Below, one piece after another: positions 8,539-18,557 of a DNA stretch of 33,459 nucleotides (within the stretch, counting starts at the first letter, position 1; each line of letters begins with the position of its first letter). Below the pieces are notes generated by a model. It did no database searches, was not told where the DNA came from, and was given only the letters and a program-made list of their open reading frames with translations. Source of the stretch: Acidobacteriota bacterium (GTDB taxonomy: Bacteria; Acidobacteriota; Terriglobia; Acidiferrales; UBA7541); NCBI GenBank assembly GCA_028876695.1, contig JAGWRH010000111.1:1-33459 (forward strand), given 5' to 3'. A program made the position numbers and the translations under genes.

Positions 8539-9411
8539 TCAAACTACATCGGCGATCGTCATCTCCATCGCTTGGAAATACAGCAGGCCGCTGAACAGGA
8601 GAAGCACCGTCACGACTGACGACGTCAGAAGCATTCGTCCCGGCATAAGCCCGCGTCCAGTTAGCGACCAGCGGAAGCCTTCAATGACTCCCGCCATGGG
8701 ATTCAATCCATAGGCCCACCGCCATTTGGCCGGCACCAAAGAGCTGGGATAGGCAACCGGAGAAGCGAACAACCAGAACTGCACCAGGAATGGAACCACG
8801 TACCTTACGTCACGATAGATCGCGTTGAGCGCCGAGAACCAAAGTCCAGCCCCGAGGGCAGTGGCAAACGCCAGAATCACAAAAACCGGAAAGAACAGCA
8901 GCCCTGAGCTCGGACGCACGTGGTAGTAGACCATCAGCACAATGAACATCAGGAAGGAAACGGCAAAGTCCACGAGACCCGCGGCAACAGCGGAGAGCGG
9001 CAACATCAGGCGCGGGAAATACACTTTCGTGATGACGTTCTGATTTTCCACGATTTTACTTGTGGCGCTTTGCAGCGAGTTGGCGAAGTACATCCATGGC
9101 AGCAAGGCACTGTAGTAGAAGATGGCGTAAGCCATGCCATCGGACGGGATGTGCGCTAAGCGGCCGAAAAACAACGTAAAGACAAGCATCGCCAGAAGCG
9201 GCTGCAAAATCGCCCAGGCCGCACCGATTGCCGTCTGCTTGTAACGAACCTTTATGTCGCGCCACACGAAAAAGTAGAGCAGTTCACGGCACGTCCACAA
9301 TTCGCCGAATGGAATTGTCCACCAGCGGCTCGGCGGCCGGATATGCAGCACCGGCGGGCGCGGTTCGAACGTCGTGGTCGACTTTGCAATATTGGCAGGA
9401 GCGGCCGTCAT
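8539..9411 (-). CDS. ABC-2 type polysaccharide/O-antigen/teichoic-acid export permease (Wzm/TagG/KpsM-like)
   Basis: The track ORF extends to 9783 but overlaps the upstream gene. ATG at 9411-9409 overlaps the upstream stop TGA at 9410-9408 (ATGA coupling). WRDIKVRYKQTAIGAAWAILQPLLAMLVFTLFFG is the ABC-2 permease signature, and six hydrophobic helices follow. Confidence 0.85.
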   Translation of the reverse strand: MTAAPANIAKSTTTFEPRPPVLHIRPPSRWWTIPFGELWTCRELLYFFVWRDIKVRYKQTAIGAAWAILQPLLAMLVFTLFFGRLAHIPSDGMAYAIFYYSALLPWMYFANSLQSATSKIVENQNVITKVYFPRLMLPLSAVAAGLVDFAVSFLMFIVLMVYYHVRPSSGLLFFPVFVILAFATALGAGLWFSALNAIYRDVRYVVPFLVQFWLFASPVAYPSSLVPAKWRWAYGLNPMAGVIEGFRWSLTGRGLMPGRMLLTSSVVTVLLLFSGLLYFQAMEMTIADVV

Positions 9412-10922
9412 TCGGCGGGTTTTCCTGGCTGCGATTTCAATGCATTCATGTCCGTTTGTTCGATCCGCTGCATCAGGTTTGTTCGCCGCGTGAAGTATGC
9501 TTGCATGGCTGCGGCAGCTTCGCGCGGGACGACCGCCACCTGATTGTATGCTGCCTCTCGCCAGGAAACAGGGCCGCGCGGCGGAATCAGGTGCATGCCC
9601 CATTGGAACATTAGCCCCAGGTTCCAAAGCACAAGCAGCGCTACGGCACTCGCTGAAATGATGGTAATACGCCGTTCCGGCCACGCTCGAGCAATCCGGT
9701 CCAAAACAACGGCCAAGCCGATGATGAACAGCGGCGTGAGCGAAATAAAAAACCGATTGCCGAACGAAGAGAGCCCATCCCAATCAAGATAGCATCCGAT
9801 GGTGTAGAGAAAAGCTACGAACACGACCATCGAATACCGCCCAAATTTCCGGTCGAATCGGCACAGAAGCATTAATCCGCAGGCGGAAGCGATCAAGATA
9901 GGTGTCCAACTGAACAGCCCGTGATCGGATGAGAACAACGCTTTCAGCAGAGCGGGCGACCAAAAGTTCCAGAGGCGACCGTAGCCCATTTGCAGGAAGC
10001 TGCCATAAATGACCTTTTTCACGATCAGAGTGGGCATAAAAGCAGCCAGCAGGACGGCGCTGAAGACCGCGTTCGAAATCAACAGTCGCCCCGCTCGCGC
10101 CAACTCTCTCTTGCGGAATAGCGCTGCGTACCAGCCGATCGAGTCAAAAAAAGCGAACAGCAGCAGGAGAGCATTCAGGTAGTAGACATCCATCATCAGC
10201 CCCGCGATTGCTCCCCAAATTGCCCACTGGGCAATACTGCGAGACGTGCGTGTCCGGATCCAATACCAAACAAATAGCGCGACCGCGAATGCAGATTGCG
10301 CATGCGACCACGACGGATTGAAATACATATACACGGGCAGAGAACTCCCGAACCATATCCCTACCGCGGCAAGAAATGCCCACCGTTCGGGTACAAATCG
10401 CCGCGCCAAAGCGAACGAAAGCATCACCGAAAGAAAGCCATAGAACGCGGTGCCAAGCGAAATTGCCGTGACGTATGGCCGGGAGAAGCCGTCAGCCGCG
10501 ATGCCCGCACCAAAGGCATCGGCGACCAATACGCCGGCATGCGCGACAAGCAAAAAAGGTGCCCACAAAATCGCGGGTCCGACAGAAAAGTGATTGTCTA
10601 AGTGGCCCGTGACCGTGTATTGGGCAAGAGCGATTTGGCCGTTAGGGCCGATGCGCGCCATGCGGAAGGTGGAGTTTGCCCGGAGCCAATCCTGGCTGAA
10701 ATCCAGTTTGTGTTCGATCAACATCGATCGCGCGAAGGCGTAATAGCCTACGCCATCGCCGCGGATCCAGGGATTAATGAGAGGCAAGGTAAACAGAAAC
10801 AAGACCACCAGTGCGGTCTGATACGCCGATAGGTGGCGATGGCCTGAGAAATCGAATAACGCTGCCCCGCGTTGCATCATTACAGCCGGTTCGTGAGTGT
10901 CGAAGGCTGCAGCGCGTGTCAC
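9408..10922 (-). CDS. Polytopic GT-C fold glycosyltransferase (ArnT/PMT/GT39-like)
   Basis: 504-aa protein with more than 10 TM segments. The first periplasmic loop carries INPWIRGDGVGYYAFARSML, an Asp-containing loop typical of polyprenyl-phosphate-sugar-dependent GT-C enzymes. GTG at 10922 overlaps the upstream stop (GTGA). ATGs at 10880/10877 are alternative starts. The family call rests on pattern only. Confidence 0.65.
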   Translation of the reverse strand: MTRAAAFDTHEPAVMMQRGAALFDFSGHRHLSAYQTALVVLFLFTLPLINPWIRGDGVGYYAFARSMLIEHKLDFSQDWLRANSTFRMARIGPNGQIALAQYTVTGHLDNHFSVGPAILWAPFLLVAHAGVLVADAFGAGIAADGFSRPYVTAISLGTAFYGFLSVMLSFALARRFVPERWAFLAAVGIWFGSSLPVYMYFNPSWSHAQSAFAVALFVWYWIRTRTSRSIAQWAIWGAIAGLMMDVYYLNALLLLFAFFDSIGWYAALFRKRELARAGRLLISNAVFSAVLLAAFMPTLIVKKVIYGSFLQMGYGRLWNFWSPALLKALFSSDHGLFSWTPILIASACGLMLLCRFDRKFGRYSMVVFVAFLYTIGCYLDWDGLSSFGNRFFISLTPLFIIGLAVVLDRIARAWPERRITIISASAVALLVLWNLGLMFQWGMHLIPPRGPVSWREAAYNQVAVVPREAAAAMQAYFTRRTNLMQRIEQTDMNALKSQPGKPAE

Positions 10923-12580
10923 GTTTCGGCTCGCGGCCGTCGGTATGATTCGCTCGGCGACCGGTCTGTCGTCCCGGCGTGGTCTTTTCGCAACACGGCT
11001 ATGAGCGAAAGCGGCGGCAGTGGGAGCCAGTTGTCAACGAGACGGAAAACGGGCGTAAACAAATTTAACGCTCGGATCTGAGCGAGGCCGAACGTCTTGC
11101 GACGTAAGATCTGGCAGTTCAGCCACCAAGCTGGCACGCCAGTTTTGTTGAATTTCAAGATTTGTTCCACGTGGAAACCGGCTTCCGCACATACCGCGGT
11201 CAATTCATCGGGAGTGTAGCGGCGGAAATGGCCGAGGACCTCGTCTAGGGTCCCGAATAGCCATGGTCCATGCGGCACGAGGACAATCGCGCGCCCGCCA
11301 TCTGCCAGGGCAGCGCGGATGTTGCGCAGCGCGCCGATGTCGTCCTGGATATGCTCGATAACGTTCAGGCACACCACCGTGTCGAAAGACTGGCCTGCAG
11401 GGTACGTGGATGGATCGGCGGCATCCGTGAAACCAACTCGCATGTACGGACGACTGGCGCGCAGCTTCAAAAGGTAATCCAGATAATAGCGATTGACGTC
11501 GCTGGCCCAGTAGACAGAACGCGGCATCAGATGCATCGACAGATTGCCCGTACCGGCGCCGATCTCGAGCACCCGATCTCCCACATAAGGACGGATTACG
11601 TCTGCCATCCACTGGTTAAAACGCGGCGCGCGATTCAAACGGTCGAGAATTTCGCCGCCGGAGGCATCGTCGACGTAGATCCGTCCAGAGGCGGCGTAGT
11701 AGAGGACCGCCCAAAGGGCGCGGAAACCGTCACGCCAGTTGATCTTCTTTCCTTCTCCGTAAGTTCGGCCTGAATAACTGATCGGCACTTCGAATATGCG
11801 CGCGCCGCGCTTGGCGAGCTTGATGGCCAATTCGGGCTCTACATCGAAGGTGGAGCTTTCAAGCGGAATGCTCTTCAACAGATCGGCTCGAACCATTTTG
11901 TAGCAGGTTTCCATGTCCGTAAGGTTCAGGTCACATACCAAATCGCAGAGAAATGTGAGCAGTTTGTTGCCGAGAGCGTGCCGGAAGAATAGGGCGCGCT
12001 TGTGCCCGCCCGACATAAATCGCGATCCGAATACCGCATCGGCATCCTCGGAAAGAAACACTTCGACCATCGACAAAAGATCGCGGGGCAAATATTCCAG
12101 ATCGCCGTCGTGCACCACGACGAGTTCGGTATCGACGTGCTCAAGTCCCGTGCGAATGGCGGCCCCTTTGCCGCAATTCTTGGAGTGGCGCAGCCACACC
12201 CATGAAATCTTCGGTTCCGCTTCCCGTGATTCGATGGATTCGCGAAAAGCGCGGATCGCCTCGGCCGTGCCATCAGAAGATCCATCGTCCACGACGATGA
12301 TTTTGATCGATTCGAGCAGCGGCGATTCACCGAGTACACCCAGCCGGGCCAAACTCGATGCGATTAAGTACTTCTCGTTATACGCGGGGACGATGACCGA
12401 CAGCGTCGTGGAAGGACGCTTGCCATCCGACATTTCACCGAAGGCCGAGGACATTTCACCTGTGCGTCGGAGGCGACGCTTTTCCTCCGCGCGGCTGCTT
12501 GCCGGAATGCTACCCAATGCCGTTCCTCCGGTCCCTCCGTTGCTATCACCAAGCGATGAGAGGAAAGCAAACAGAAGCAT
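10919..12580 (-). CDS. Fusion of GT2 polyprenyl-phosphate glycosyltransferase (DPM1/ArnC/GtrB-like) and class I SAM-dependent methyltransferase
   Basis: The GT2 part has LSVIVPAYNE, IIVVDDGSSDGT, and VVHDGDLEY. The methyltransferase part has VLEIGAGTGNLS (motif I) and VVCLNVIEHIQDD. The true start is probably ATG at 12454 or 12433 (MSSAFGEMSDGKRPSTTLSVIVPAYNE) rather than 12580. Confidence 0.8.
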   Translation of the reverse strand: MLLFAFLSSLGDSNGGTGGTALGSIPASSRAEEKRRLRRTGEMSSAFGEMSDGKRPSTTLSVIVPAYNEKYLIASSLARLGVLGESPLLESIKIIVVDDGSSDGTAEAIRAFRESIESREAEPKISWVWLRHSKNCGKGAAIRTGLEHVDTELVVVHDGDLEYLPRDLLSMVEVFLSEDADAVFGSRFMSGGHKRALFFRHALGNKLLTFLCDLVCDLNLTDMETCYKMVRADLLKSIPLESSTFDVEPELAIKLAKRGARIFEVPISYSGRTYGEGKKINWRDGFRALWAVLYYAASGRIYVDDASGGEILDRLNRAPRFNQWMADVIRPYVGDRVLEIGAGTGNLSMHLMPRSVYWASDVNRYYLDYLLKLRASRPYMRVGFTDAADPSTYPAGQSFDTVVCLNVIEHIQDDIGALRNIRAALADGGRAIVLVPHGPWLFGTLDEVLGHFRRYTPDELTAVCAEAGFHVEQILKFNKTGVPAWWLNCQILRRKTFGLAQIRALNLFTPVFRLVDNWLPLPPLSLIAVLRKDHAGTTDRSPSESYRRPRAET

Positions 12581-12719
12581 TATTGGCCAGATGCCTTTTG
12601 CGCTTCAACGGGATGTTTCTTTCCATCGCGTCCTCGGCGATGCAGCCGGGCTGAATAGGGAGGCGCCCGACGGTCGTCGCGCGATCGGCGGCCCGGTCGC
12701 CACCGAACGATCAATACGA

Positions 12720-13739
12720 TCAATCACTGGCCGCGGCTGTCGTGGCGATTCCGTCTATCGATCGAGTCGCAGGAGCTAGCCTGGCGTGGAAATGGTCGAT
12801 GACACGGTCAATAGTTTCCGTGAGGGGCGTGGAAGGACGAAAACCGGTCAATCTGCTCAGTTTTTCGAGCGATGGAACGCGCCTCAACATATCCTCGAAT
12901 CCTGGTTCATAGGCTTGGTCATAAGGGACGTGCGTAATCGGAGACGAGCTCCCCGCGCGTTCTTTTACGAGGCAGGCCAGTGCATCGATGGAAATCTCCT
13001 CATTAGTTCCCACGTTGACCACTTCTCCCACCGATCGATCGGTACCCAGAAGCCGCACAATCGCTTCAATCGTGTCGCGGACGTCGCAAAAACAACGCGA
13101 TTGCTGGCCGGAGCCATACACCGTGATGGGTGATCCTTCGATGGCCTGACGCACAAAGTTTGGAAGAACCATCCCGTAGCGCCCGGTCTGTCGCGGTCCG
13201 ACTGTATTGAAAAAGCGAGCGATGATGACCGGTTGATTTTTCTCTTTCCAGTAGGAAAGCGTCAGAAATTCATCCAAAGCCTTTGACGCCGCATAGCTCC
13301 AGCGGCCTTTGGTGGTCGGGCCAAGCACCAAATCGGCATCCTCGTGGAATGGCACTTTCTCGCTCTTGCCGTACACCTCGGAAGTCGACGCGGTAAACAC
13401 GAGCTTCTTCTTTTTGGACGCGGCATCGAGCACCTGCTGCGTGCCATACACGTTCGTTTCGAGCGTTCGCACCGGGCTTTCGACGATCAAGCGCACACCA
13501 ACAGCGGCAGCCAAATGAAAAACTACTTCTGATTCATCAACCAGCTCAGCAAGTAAATGTTTATTGCTGATGGAGTCGTAGAAATAATGGAATCGCGCAT
13601 TCGTCTTCAGGTGCCTGACGTTTTCCACGCTGCCGGTCGAAAGGTCGTCCAGGATAAATACTTCGTCCCCGCGGGCGAGCAACGCTTCGGCCAAATGGGA
13701 CCCGATGAAACCTGCTCCGCCGGTGATCAGGTAACGCAA
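12720..13739 (-). CDS. NAD-dependent sugar-nucleotide epimerase/dehydratase (extended SDR)
   Basis: MRYLITGGAGFIGSHL is a TGxxGxxG motif, and YAASKALDE is the YxxxK catalytic motif. The start is TTG at 13739, preceded by AGGAGAG, which overlaps the stop of the upstream gene (TAG at 13751-13749). Substrate specificity cannot be read from the sequence. Confidence 0.9.
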   Translation of the reverse strand: MRYLITGGAGFIGSHLAEALLARGDEVFILDDLSTGSVENVRHLKTNARFHYFYDSISNKHLLAELVDESEVVFHLAAAVGVRLIVESPVRTLETNVYGTQQVLDAASKKKKLVFTASTSEVYGKSEKVPFHEDADLVLGPTTKGRWSYAASKALDEFLTLSYWKEKNQPVIIARFFNTVGPRQTGRYGMVLPNFVRQAIEGSPITVYGSGQQSRCFCDVRDTIEAIVRLLGTDRSVGEVVNVGTNEEISIDALACLVKERAGSSSPITHVPYDQAYEPGFEDMLRRVPSLEKLSRLTGFRPSTPLTETIDRVIDHFHARLAPATRSIDGIATTAAASD

Positions 13740-13748
13740 TGTGCTCTC

Positions 13749-16052
13749 CTACGTCGAGTGATTGGTATCGTTAAATTTGACTGAAAACCTAGCATTGCTT
13801 CCGATATCTTCCCCATAGCCGTAACCGTACGCATACGGATAGTACCGGTAAGAGTAGTAATAATCGGGTGCGGTCGAATCCACGCGGTTGAGCACGATTC
13901 CGAGGAGTCGGGATTTGACGGCTGACAGAAGGTCTCGCGAGCGTGTGAATGCTTGCCGAGGAGTCAACCCGCTGTGGACGACCAACAAAACTCCATCTGT
14001 AAGAGCCGATAGGATGACCGCGTCGGTAGCGGCCAGAACCGGCGGCGAGTCAATAACGATAAACTTGAATCGACGCCGCAATTCCAAGAGCCCATCGCAC
14101 ATACGATGCGACGAGAGTAGATCCGCAGGACTCGGAGGAACGGGCCCGGTGGTTAGCACGGCAAGGTTGCTGATCGCTGGATGGGGAATGGTCACTTCGT
14201 CCAGTGTGTTTACGCCCGCCAGGTAGGAACTGAGCCCGGTTTCCTTGCTGACCGTCAAATTCAGCGCACGCCGCACCCCTGGTTTTCGTAAGTCCGAGTC
14301 CATCAAAAGAGTTCGGTCACCTAACTGAGCGAACGTGACAGCCAGATTCACCGCCGCAGTCGTCTTCCCCTCTCGCGGGAGAGCGCTGGTTACCAAAATC
14401 ACCTGCGGAGGGTGATCCGCCTGCGAAAGCAACAGGGATGTGCGCAGTGCGCGGAATGCCTCTGAGATCTGTGATTTCGGCTGCATGTGGGAAAGCACTT
14501 CGACCCGCGGCGCATCCATTTGCGCCGACGCGCCATTTCCAATGAGTTTCGATAGGCGGCCGTGCCGTCCATTGTTCCCCGGTAGCGACGGTACGACAGC
14601 CAAGGAGGGCAAGCCGGTGAGATGCTCAATTTCGTCGGGAGATTTCACGGTGTTATCCAAGTACTCCCGGAAAACGGCCAGGCCGATTCCCCCAACGAGC
14701 CCGACCAAGATTGAGAGCAAAATATTGCGGCTCTTCTGGGGAGCCGATGGATTGGCCGGCACCAGGGCGGGATCGACGATCCGCAGGTTGCTCGAACGCA
14801 GCCCAGCCGAGACGCTCGCCTCTTTCAGCTTTTGCTGCAGGCCATCGTAGAGCTGCTTGTTAGCGTCGGCGTCGTGTTGCAGGATGTTGTATTGGACCAA
14901 CTTCTCGGCCATCTCATTGGCTTCGGCTTTCTGCGCGTTTACCTCGTCTTGCAAAAGCTCCACGCGCTGCCGTGCTGTCTCATATTCTTGCTGAACGCCG
15001 TCCACAACAGCTTTGCGCGCCACCGCGAGCTGTTGATTGACCTCCCTTTGCTGATCTGCGATCAACTTCACTTTCGGGAAATTGGGGCCGTATTGGTTGA
15101 CTGCTTCCACGTAACTTTCGTCCACATCTGATTTGCGTTTGACGAGTTCCTGAACCACGACATCATTGCGCATAGCCGCCAGCGCATCGACATCTCCGTC
15201 CTTCGCCATGCGGTAGTTCGCTTCCTTTTGCGCCAGCTCGGTTTGTGCGTCGGTCACTGCTTTGCTGAGATCGGCTAGCTTCTGGGTGGTGATGTCCTGT
15301 TTTTCATCGATCTGCCAGATTTGATTTTCGCGCTGATACGCGATGCGCGCGTCTTCGGATTTCTCGACCTGGAGTCGCAGTTCCTCGAGTTCGGACGTAA
15401 GCCACCCGGAAGCTTGCGTGGTGGCGTCGTACTTGCTTTTAAAGTTCTGTTCGATGAAGTTCTGGAGATGGGCATTGACGATGCGGGCCGCGAGTTGCGG
15501 ATTTTGCGCGGAAAACGATACTTCGATCAGCCGGCTGTTTGGCACCCTGGTGACCCCTAGCCGCCCAAGGAACGCGCCGAGAATCGCCGGACGTTTTTCG
15601 CCGGGCACGACTGGGCGCACCGGTTGAGATCCTGAATTTCCGCCAAATTCGGCGTAGCGCGCAAGATCGAGCGAACGGATGGTATCGAGAGCCAGGGTTT
15701 CGCTCTGCAAGATTTTCATCTGCGTCTCGATGTAATCCTCTGTATCCATGTACTCGCTGTAGGAATCTTCAGTCTGGAACGGGAGCACGTTTTGAGCTTC
15801 TCTATCCACCTCCACAAGGGCCGTGGCTCGATACACGGATTTCATTTTGAATGACGCGACAGTTACTACCGTGACGACCGTCAGCAGGAAAGTGAGGATC
15901 AGCCACTGGTGCTTCCGTAGGATGATGAGGTAATCGAGCAGGTGAGGCTCGCGCGATATCTGTTCCCACGGCGGGACCACAGGGGCGGGAATCACCGCGA
16001 GTGTCTCCGAGGACTTGCGGTCGCGAAGCGCGAATCTCGACGCGTCTTCCAT
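13749..16052 (-). CDS. wzc: Polysaccharide co-polymerase / tyrosine autokinase (Wzc/GumC/EpsG class, PCP-2a)
   Basis: 767 aa. It has an N-terminal TM plus Wzz-like periplasmic coiled-coil region and a second TM. The CpsD/CapB-type kinase carries Walker A LPREGKTTAAVNLA, Walker A' LLMDSDLRKP, and Walker B FIVIDSPP. The C-terminal tail is Tyr-rich: DYYYSYRYYPYAYGYGYG. Confidence 0.9.
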   Translation of the reverse strand: MEDASRFALRDRKSSETLAVIPAPVVPPWEQISREPHLLDYLIILRKHQWLILTFLLTVVTVVTVASFKMKSVYRATALVEVDREAQNVLPFQTEDSYSEYMDTEDYIETQMKILQSETLALDTIRSLDLARYAEFGGNSGSQPVRPVVPGEKRPAILGAFLGRLGVTRVPNSRLIEVSFSAQNPQLAARIVNAHLQNFIEQNFKSKYDATTQASGWLTSELEELRLQVEKSEDARIAYQRENQIWQIDEKQDITTQKLADLSKAVTDAQTELAQKEANYRMAKDGDVDALAAMRNDVVVQELVKRKSDVDESYVEAVNQYGPNFPKVKLIADQQREVNQQLAVARKAVVDGVQQEYETARQRVELLQDEVNAQKAEANEMAEKLVQYNILQHDADANKQLYDGLQQKLKEASVSAGLRSSNLRIVDPALVPANPSAPQKSRNILLSILVGLVGGIGLAVFREYLDNTVKSPDEIEHLTGLPSLAVVPSLPGNNGRHGRLSKLIGNGASAQMDAPRVEVLSHMQPKSQISEAFRALRTSLLLSQADHPPQVILVTSALPREGKTTAAVNLAVTFAQLGDRTLLMDSDLRKPGVRRALNLTVSKETGLSSYLAGVNTLDEVTIPHPAISNLAVLTTGPVPPSPADLLSSHRMCDGLLELRRRFKFIVIDSPPVLAATDAVILSALTDGVLLVVHSGLTPRQAFTRSRDLLSAVKSRLLGIVLNRVDSTAPDYYYSYRYYPYAYGYGYGEDIGSNARFSVKFNDTNHST

Positions 16053-16098
16053 CAGGAGGGGTCCTTAAAACTTCCGCGAACTCAGAACGTCGCTCACT

Positions 16099-17160
16099 TT
16101 AGGGAGTCCGATAAATTGCGACGCCCGTGCCGATGCCTAGCGCCGCCTGCGCGCCACGGGCTAGAGCCTTTTTCCCGCTGCTATCAGGTACGTATAAAAT
16201 ATCGTTCGATTTCAGCGGTACGTCTTCCGACGTATGCTTCTCGATCTGTTTGAGCCGGACGGGTATTTCGTCCTTACGACCCGTGACCGGATTGTTGCGC
16301 AAGATCACGGCGGAATTCTCCTTCGCAAAGCTGGTCAGCCCGTGCGCGAGCGCTATCGCGCGAAGCACAGTCACTTGTTCTCCGTGGCCTTGCAACACAT
16401 AGCCGCCTGGTTGGGCAACACCAAATCCGAGGACGTACACGATCCCGGCATGTGGCACGGTCACGGTGTCTCCGCCGTAGACGGCAATGTTGTACGCCGA
16501 GTTGCCTGATTCCAAAAGATCTTGCAATCGGATCGTTATTTTTTGATCGTCCGGATCGGCCTGGGTACTGGCGCTAGCGGACTTCTCACGCGGAACATCG
16601 TCATGCGCCGGGCGCGTGACGATCACGATGCTCCCGGCATCATCCGAAATCCCTCCCGCCGCGGCCAATACTTCAAGCAGGGTTGAGGGTCCCATGACCT
16701 GGTACACCAGCGGGTGGGCGACAGCACCAACGACGCTGACGGGCTGGCTGTACTGCTCCCGGACGAAAACGGACACATGGGGATGCGACACCAGGCCGTT
16801 TTCAATCAGCAGTTGCTCTAATTTCGACTGCAGTTCATACGGCGTGAGCCCGGCAACCGGAATCGGGCGCGGGATCAGAGGGAAACTGATATTTCCCATG
16901 TCAGTTACGCGCACATCGCGTGAAAATTCCGGGATATCGAAAACATCGATGTGGAGAAGGTCGCCGCTTCCGATCATTGTGTCGGGGGGGTGAACCTTCG
17001 CGAAGGCGGCAAGCTCCTGAATTTTCGCGTTTGCTTGCTGAGCAGTTTGGCCCGGTTTCTGCGCAAATGAGGTTTGCCCGCAGCACAAAAATACAAAAAC
17101 TGCCAGCCACACAAGCATTGCCCCCGCCAAGGCAAACACCCGGCTGATCGTAGCTCTCAT
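16099..17160 (-). CDS. wza: Polysaccharide export protein (Wza-like; Poly_export + SLBB domains)
   Basis: GDLLHIDVFDIPEFSRDVRVTDMGNISFPLIPRPIPVAGLTPYELQSKLEQLL is the Poly_export signature. I prefer ATG at 17160 because MRATISRVFALAGAMLVWLAVFVFLCCGQTSFA-Q is a plausible signal peptide. The track start is GTG at 17223. Confidence 0.85.
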   Translation of the reverse strand: MRATISRVFALAGAMLVWLAVFVFLCCGQTSFAQKPGQTAQQANAKIQELAAFAKVHPPDTMIGSGDLLHIDVFDIPEFSRDVRVTDMGNISFPLIPRPIPVAGLTPYELQSKLEQLLIENGLVSHPHVSVFVREQYSQPVSVVGAVAHPLVYQVMGPSTLLEVLAAAGGISDDAGSIVIVTRPAHDDVPREKSASASTQADPDDQKITIRLQDLLESGNSAYNIAVYGGDTVTVPHAGIVYVLGFGVAQPGGYVLQGHGEQVTVLRAIALAHGLTSFAKENSAVILRNNPVTGRKDEIPVRLKQIEKHTSEDVPLKSNDILYVPDSSGKKALARGAQAALGIGTGVAIYRTP

Positions 17161-17252
17161 TGCCAGAGGTGACCCCGGAACACTATGCCCAGCGGAGTTA
17201 TCGATGTCAATCAGGGTTTGCACAGCCGGACATCTCGATGATTCGAGCAGGA

Positions 17253-18557
17253 CTAATCGGCGGCAGATATGGACTGGCGCACTTGCCCAGAGTCCTCGTG
17301 CAGGCTCGACTGGCGAGGAAGCGCAGCAGACGGCAGCGGCGGAGAGATTGCAATCGAGACTTGCATCAGGAATAGAAGCGCGTTCGCGGGTATGTGAAGA
17401 TTAAAATCGACAAAACTGTGCACCAACATGCCGAACACACCGGCGATAGCTCCGGCGTGCATCGCGCCGGAAAAGTGTCCCTGCTCGGCTTGGAAATTCT
17501 TTCGCGCTTCCCTGTATAACAGCCAAAGGAAAGTAAGGCCGCAAACCGCACCTAGAATACCGGCCTCGGCGAGCGCTTCCAGATAATCGTCGTGGACATG
17601 ATCCACGATTCGCCGGTCGTACGCTGTGTCGAATTGCGGGAACACATCCACCAGCGCGCCGAGCCCGCAGCCTTTTAGTGGATGGGCCAAAAAGATGAGG
17701 ATGGCGCCATGCCCCATGGAGATGCGTCGCGCCAAGGTGACTTCGGGGTTGCTCAAGCCGGAAAATTTTTCGGCCGTTTGACCGACGCCAATCCAGGCGA
17801 CAAACCCGATCGCCACGACAACGGTAAGCATCAGTGCTGTATTGCGACTATTGCGCATTCTTCGCTGTTGGCCCGGCCGCCAGTATGCCAGGAGCAACAG
17901 GAGCGCGATCTCCAATGCAAGGCTTATAATTCCGCCGCGGGAGCTCGACAAAATATCCGCGCCCACCGGGACTACGGTTAGGAGCACCAGCAGCGGCGTT
18001 AAGGTGCTCCGAGCGCCTCGAAAAATAATCAGCGCAAGCCCGATCGGTAGAGTGAGTTCGACAAAACCGGCAAAATGATTGCGGTTCACATATGGACCAA
18101 ACGGCTTCACGCTGCTCTTTAAGCTATAGAACCAATAAATTTCGTTTCCTGATGTGAACTGTTGTGCAATCGCGAAAAGCGAGACCGCAAAGCAAAAGAT
18201 AATCACGAACCAAGCCAATTTCGACCAATGCTGGCGGGTGCGAAACGCCTGCGCAATCAAGAAGAAGATCACGAAATACGCCGTCAAGCGGAGAATTTCC
18301 GCGCGAGTGAGGAAGGACGAAGCCGTACCGTGAAACAACAGCTGAAATCCACCAATTGCGATCAGACCGAGAAACGGCCAATTCAGGGCGTTCCATCGCA
18401 CCGAGGCTTCAGGGTCGCGCCAGGCGATGCCAGCCCACCATGCGAGCAGCAGCGCCGCAGCCATTTCCAGAATCGACTGCGACCAGACGTCAACCGCGCC
18501 GAAGCTCAGCACGGCGAACGCCACGAGCGCCAGCAGGCTGAAGCGCAAAAGGGTCAC
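17253..18557 (-). CDS. O-antigen ligase / Wzy-family polytopic membrane protein
   Basis: 434 aa with about 10-12 TM helices and one larger loop, the usual Wzy_C/O-antigen-ligase layout. The GTG start at 18557 overlaps the upstream stop (GTGA, 18554-18557). The call is by topology and context. Confidence 0.75.
   Translation of the reverse strand: MTLLRFSLLALVAFAVLSFGAVDVWSQSILEMAAALLLAWWAGIAWRDPEASVRWNALNWPFLGLIAIGGFQLLFHGTASSFLTRAEILRLTAYFVIFFLIAQAFRTRQHWSKLAWFVIIFCFAVSLFAIAQQFTSGNEIYWFYSLKSSVKPFGPYVNRNHFAGFVELTLPIGLALIIFRGARSTLTPLLVLLTVVPVGADILSSSRGGIISLALEIALLLLLAYWRPGQQRRMRNSRNTALMLTVVVAIGFVAWIGVGQTAEKFSGLSNPEVTLARRISMGHGAILIFLAHPLKGCGLGALVDVFPQFDTAYDRRIVDHVHDDYLEALAEAGILGAVCGLTFLWLLYREARKNFQAEQGHFSGAMHAGAIAGVFGMLVHSFVDFNLHIPANALLFLMQVSIAISPPLPSAALPRQSSLHEDSGQVRQSISAAD

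Noticed and set aside
9412-9783. N-terminal 124-aa extension of the ABC-2 permease ORF
   Set aside because: It overlaps the 3' end of the GT-C gene in another frame and its sequence is low complexity. The ATG at 9411 forms an ATGA overlap with the upstream stop and gives a normal ~290-aa permease.
12429-12460. 11-nt direct repeat GACATTTCACC at 12429-12439 and 12450-12460 (minus strand GGTGAAATGTC, giving GEMS twice)
   Set aside because: It is a short in-frame 21-nt-spaced duplication inside the likely leader of the GT2 gene. It only matters for start-codon choice and is too short to call a functional element.
11913-12779. 288-aa + strand ORF
   Set aside because: It is antisense to the GT2-methyltransferase gene, and its product is Ser/Arg-rich low complexity.
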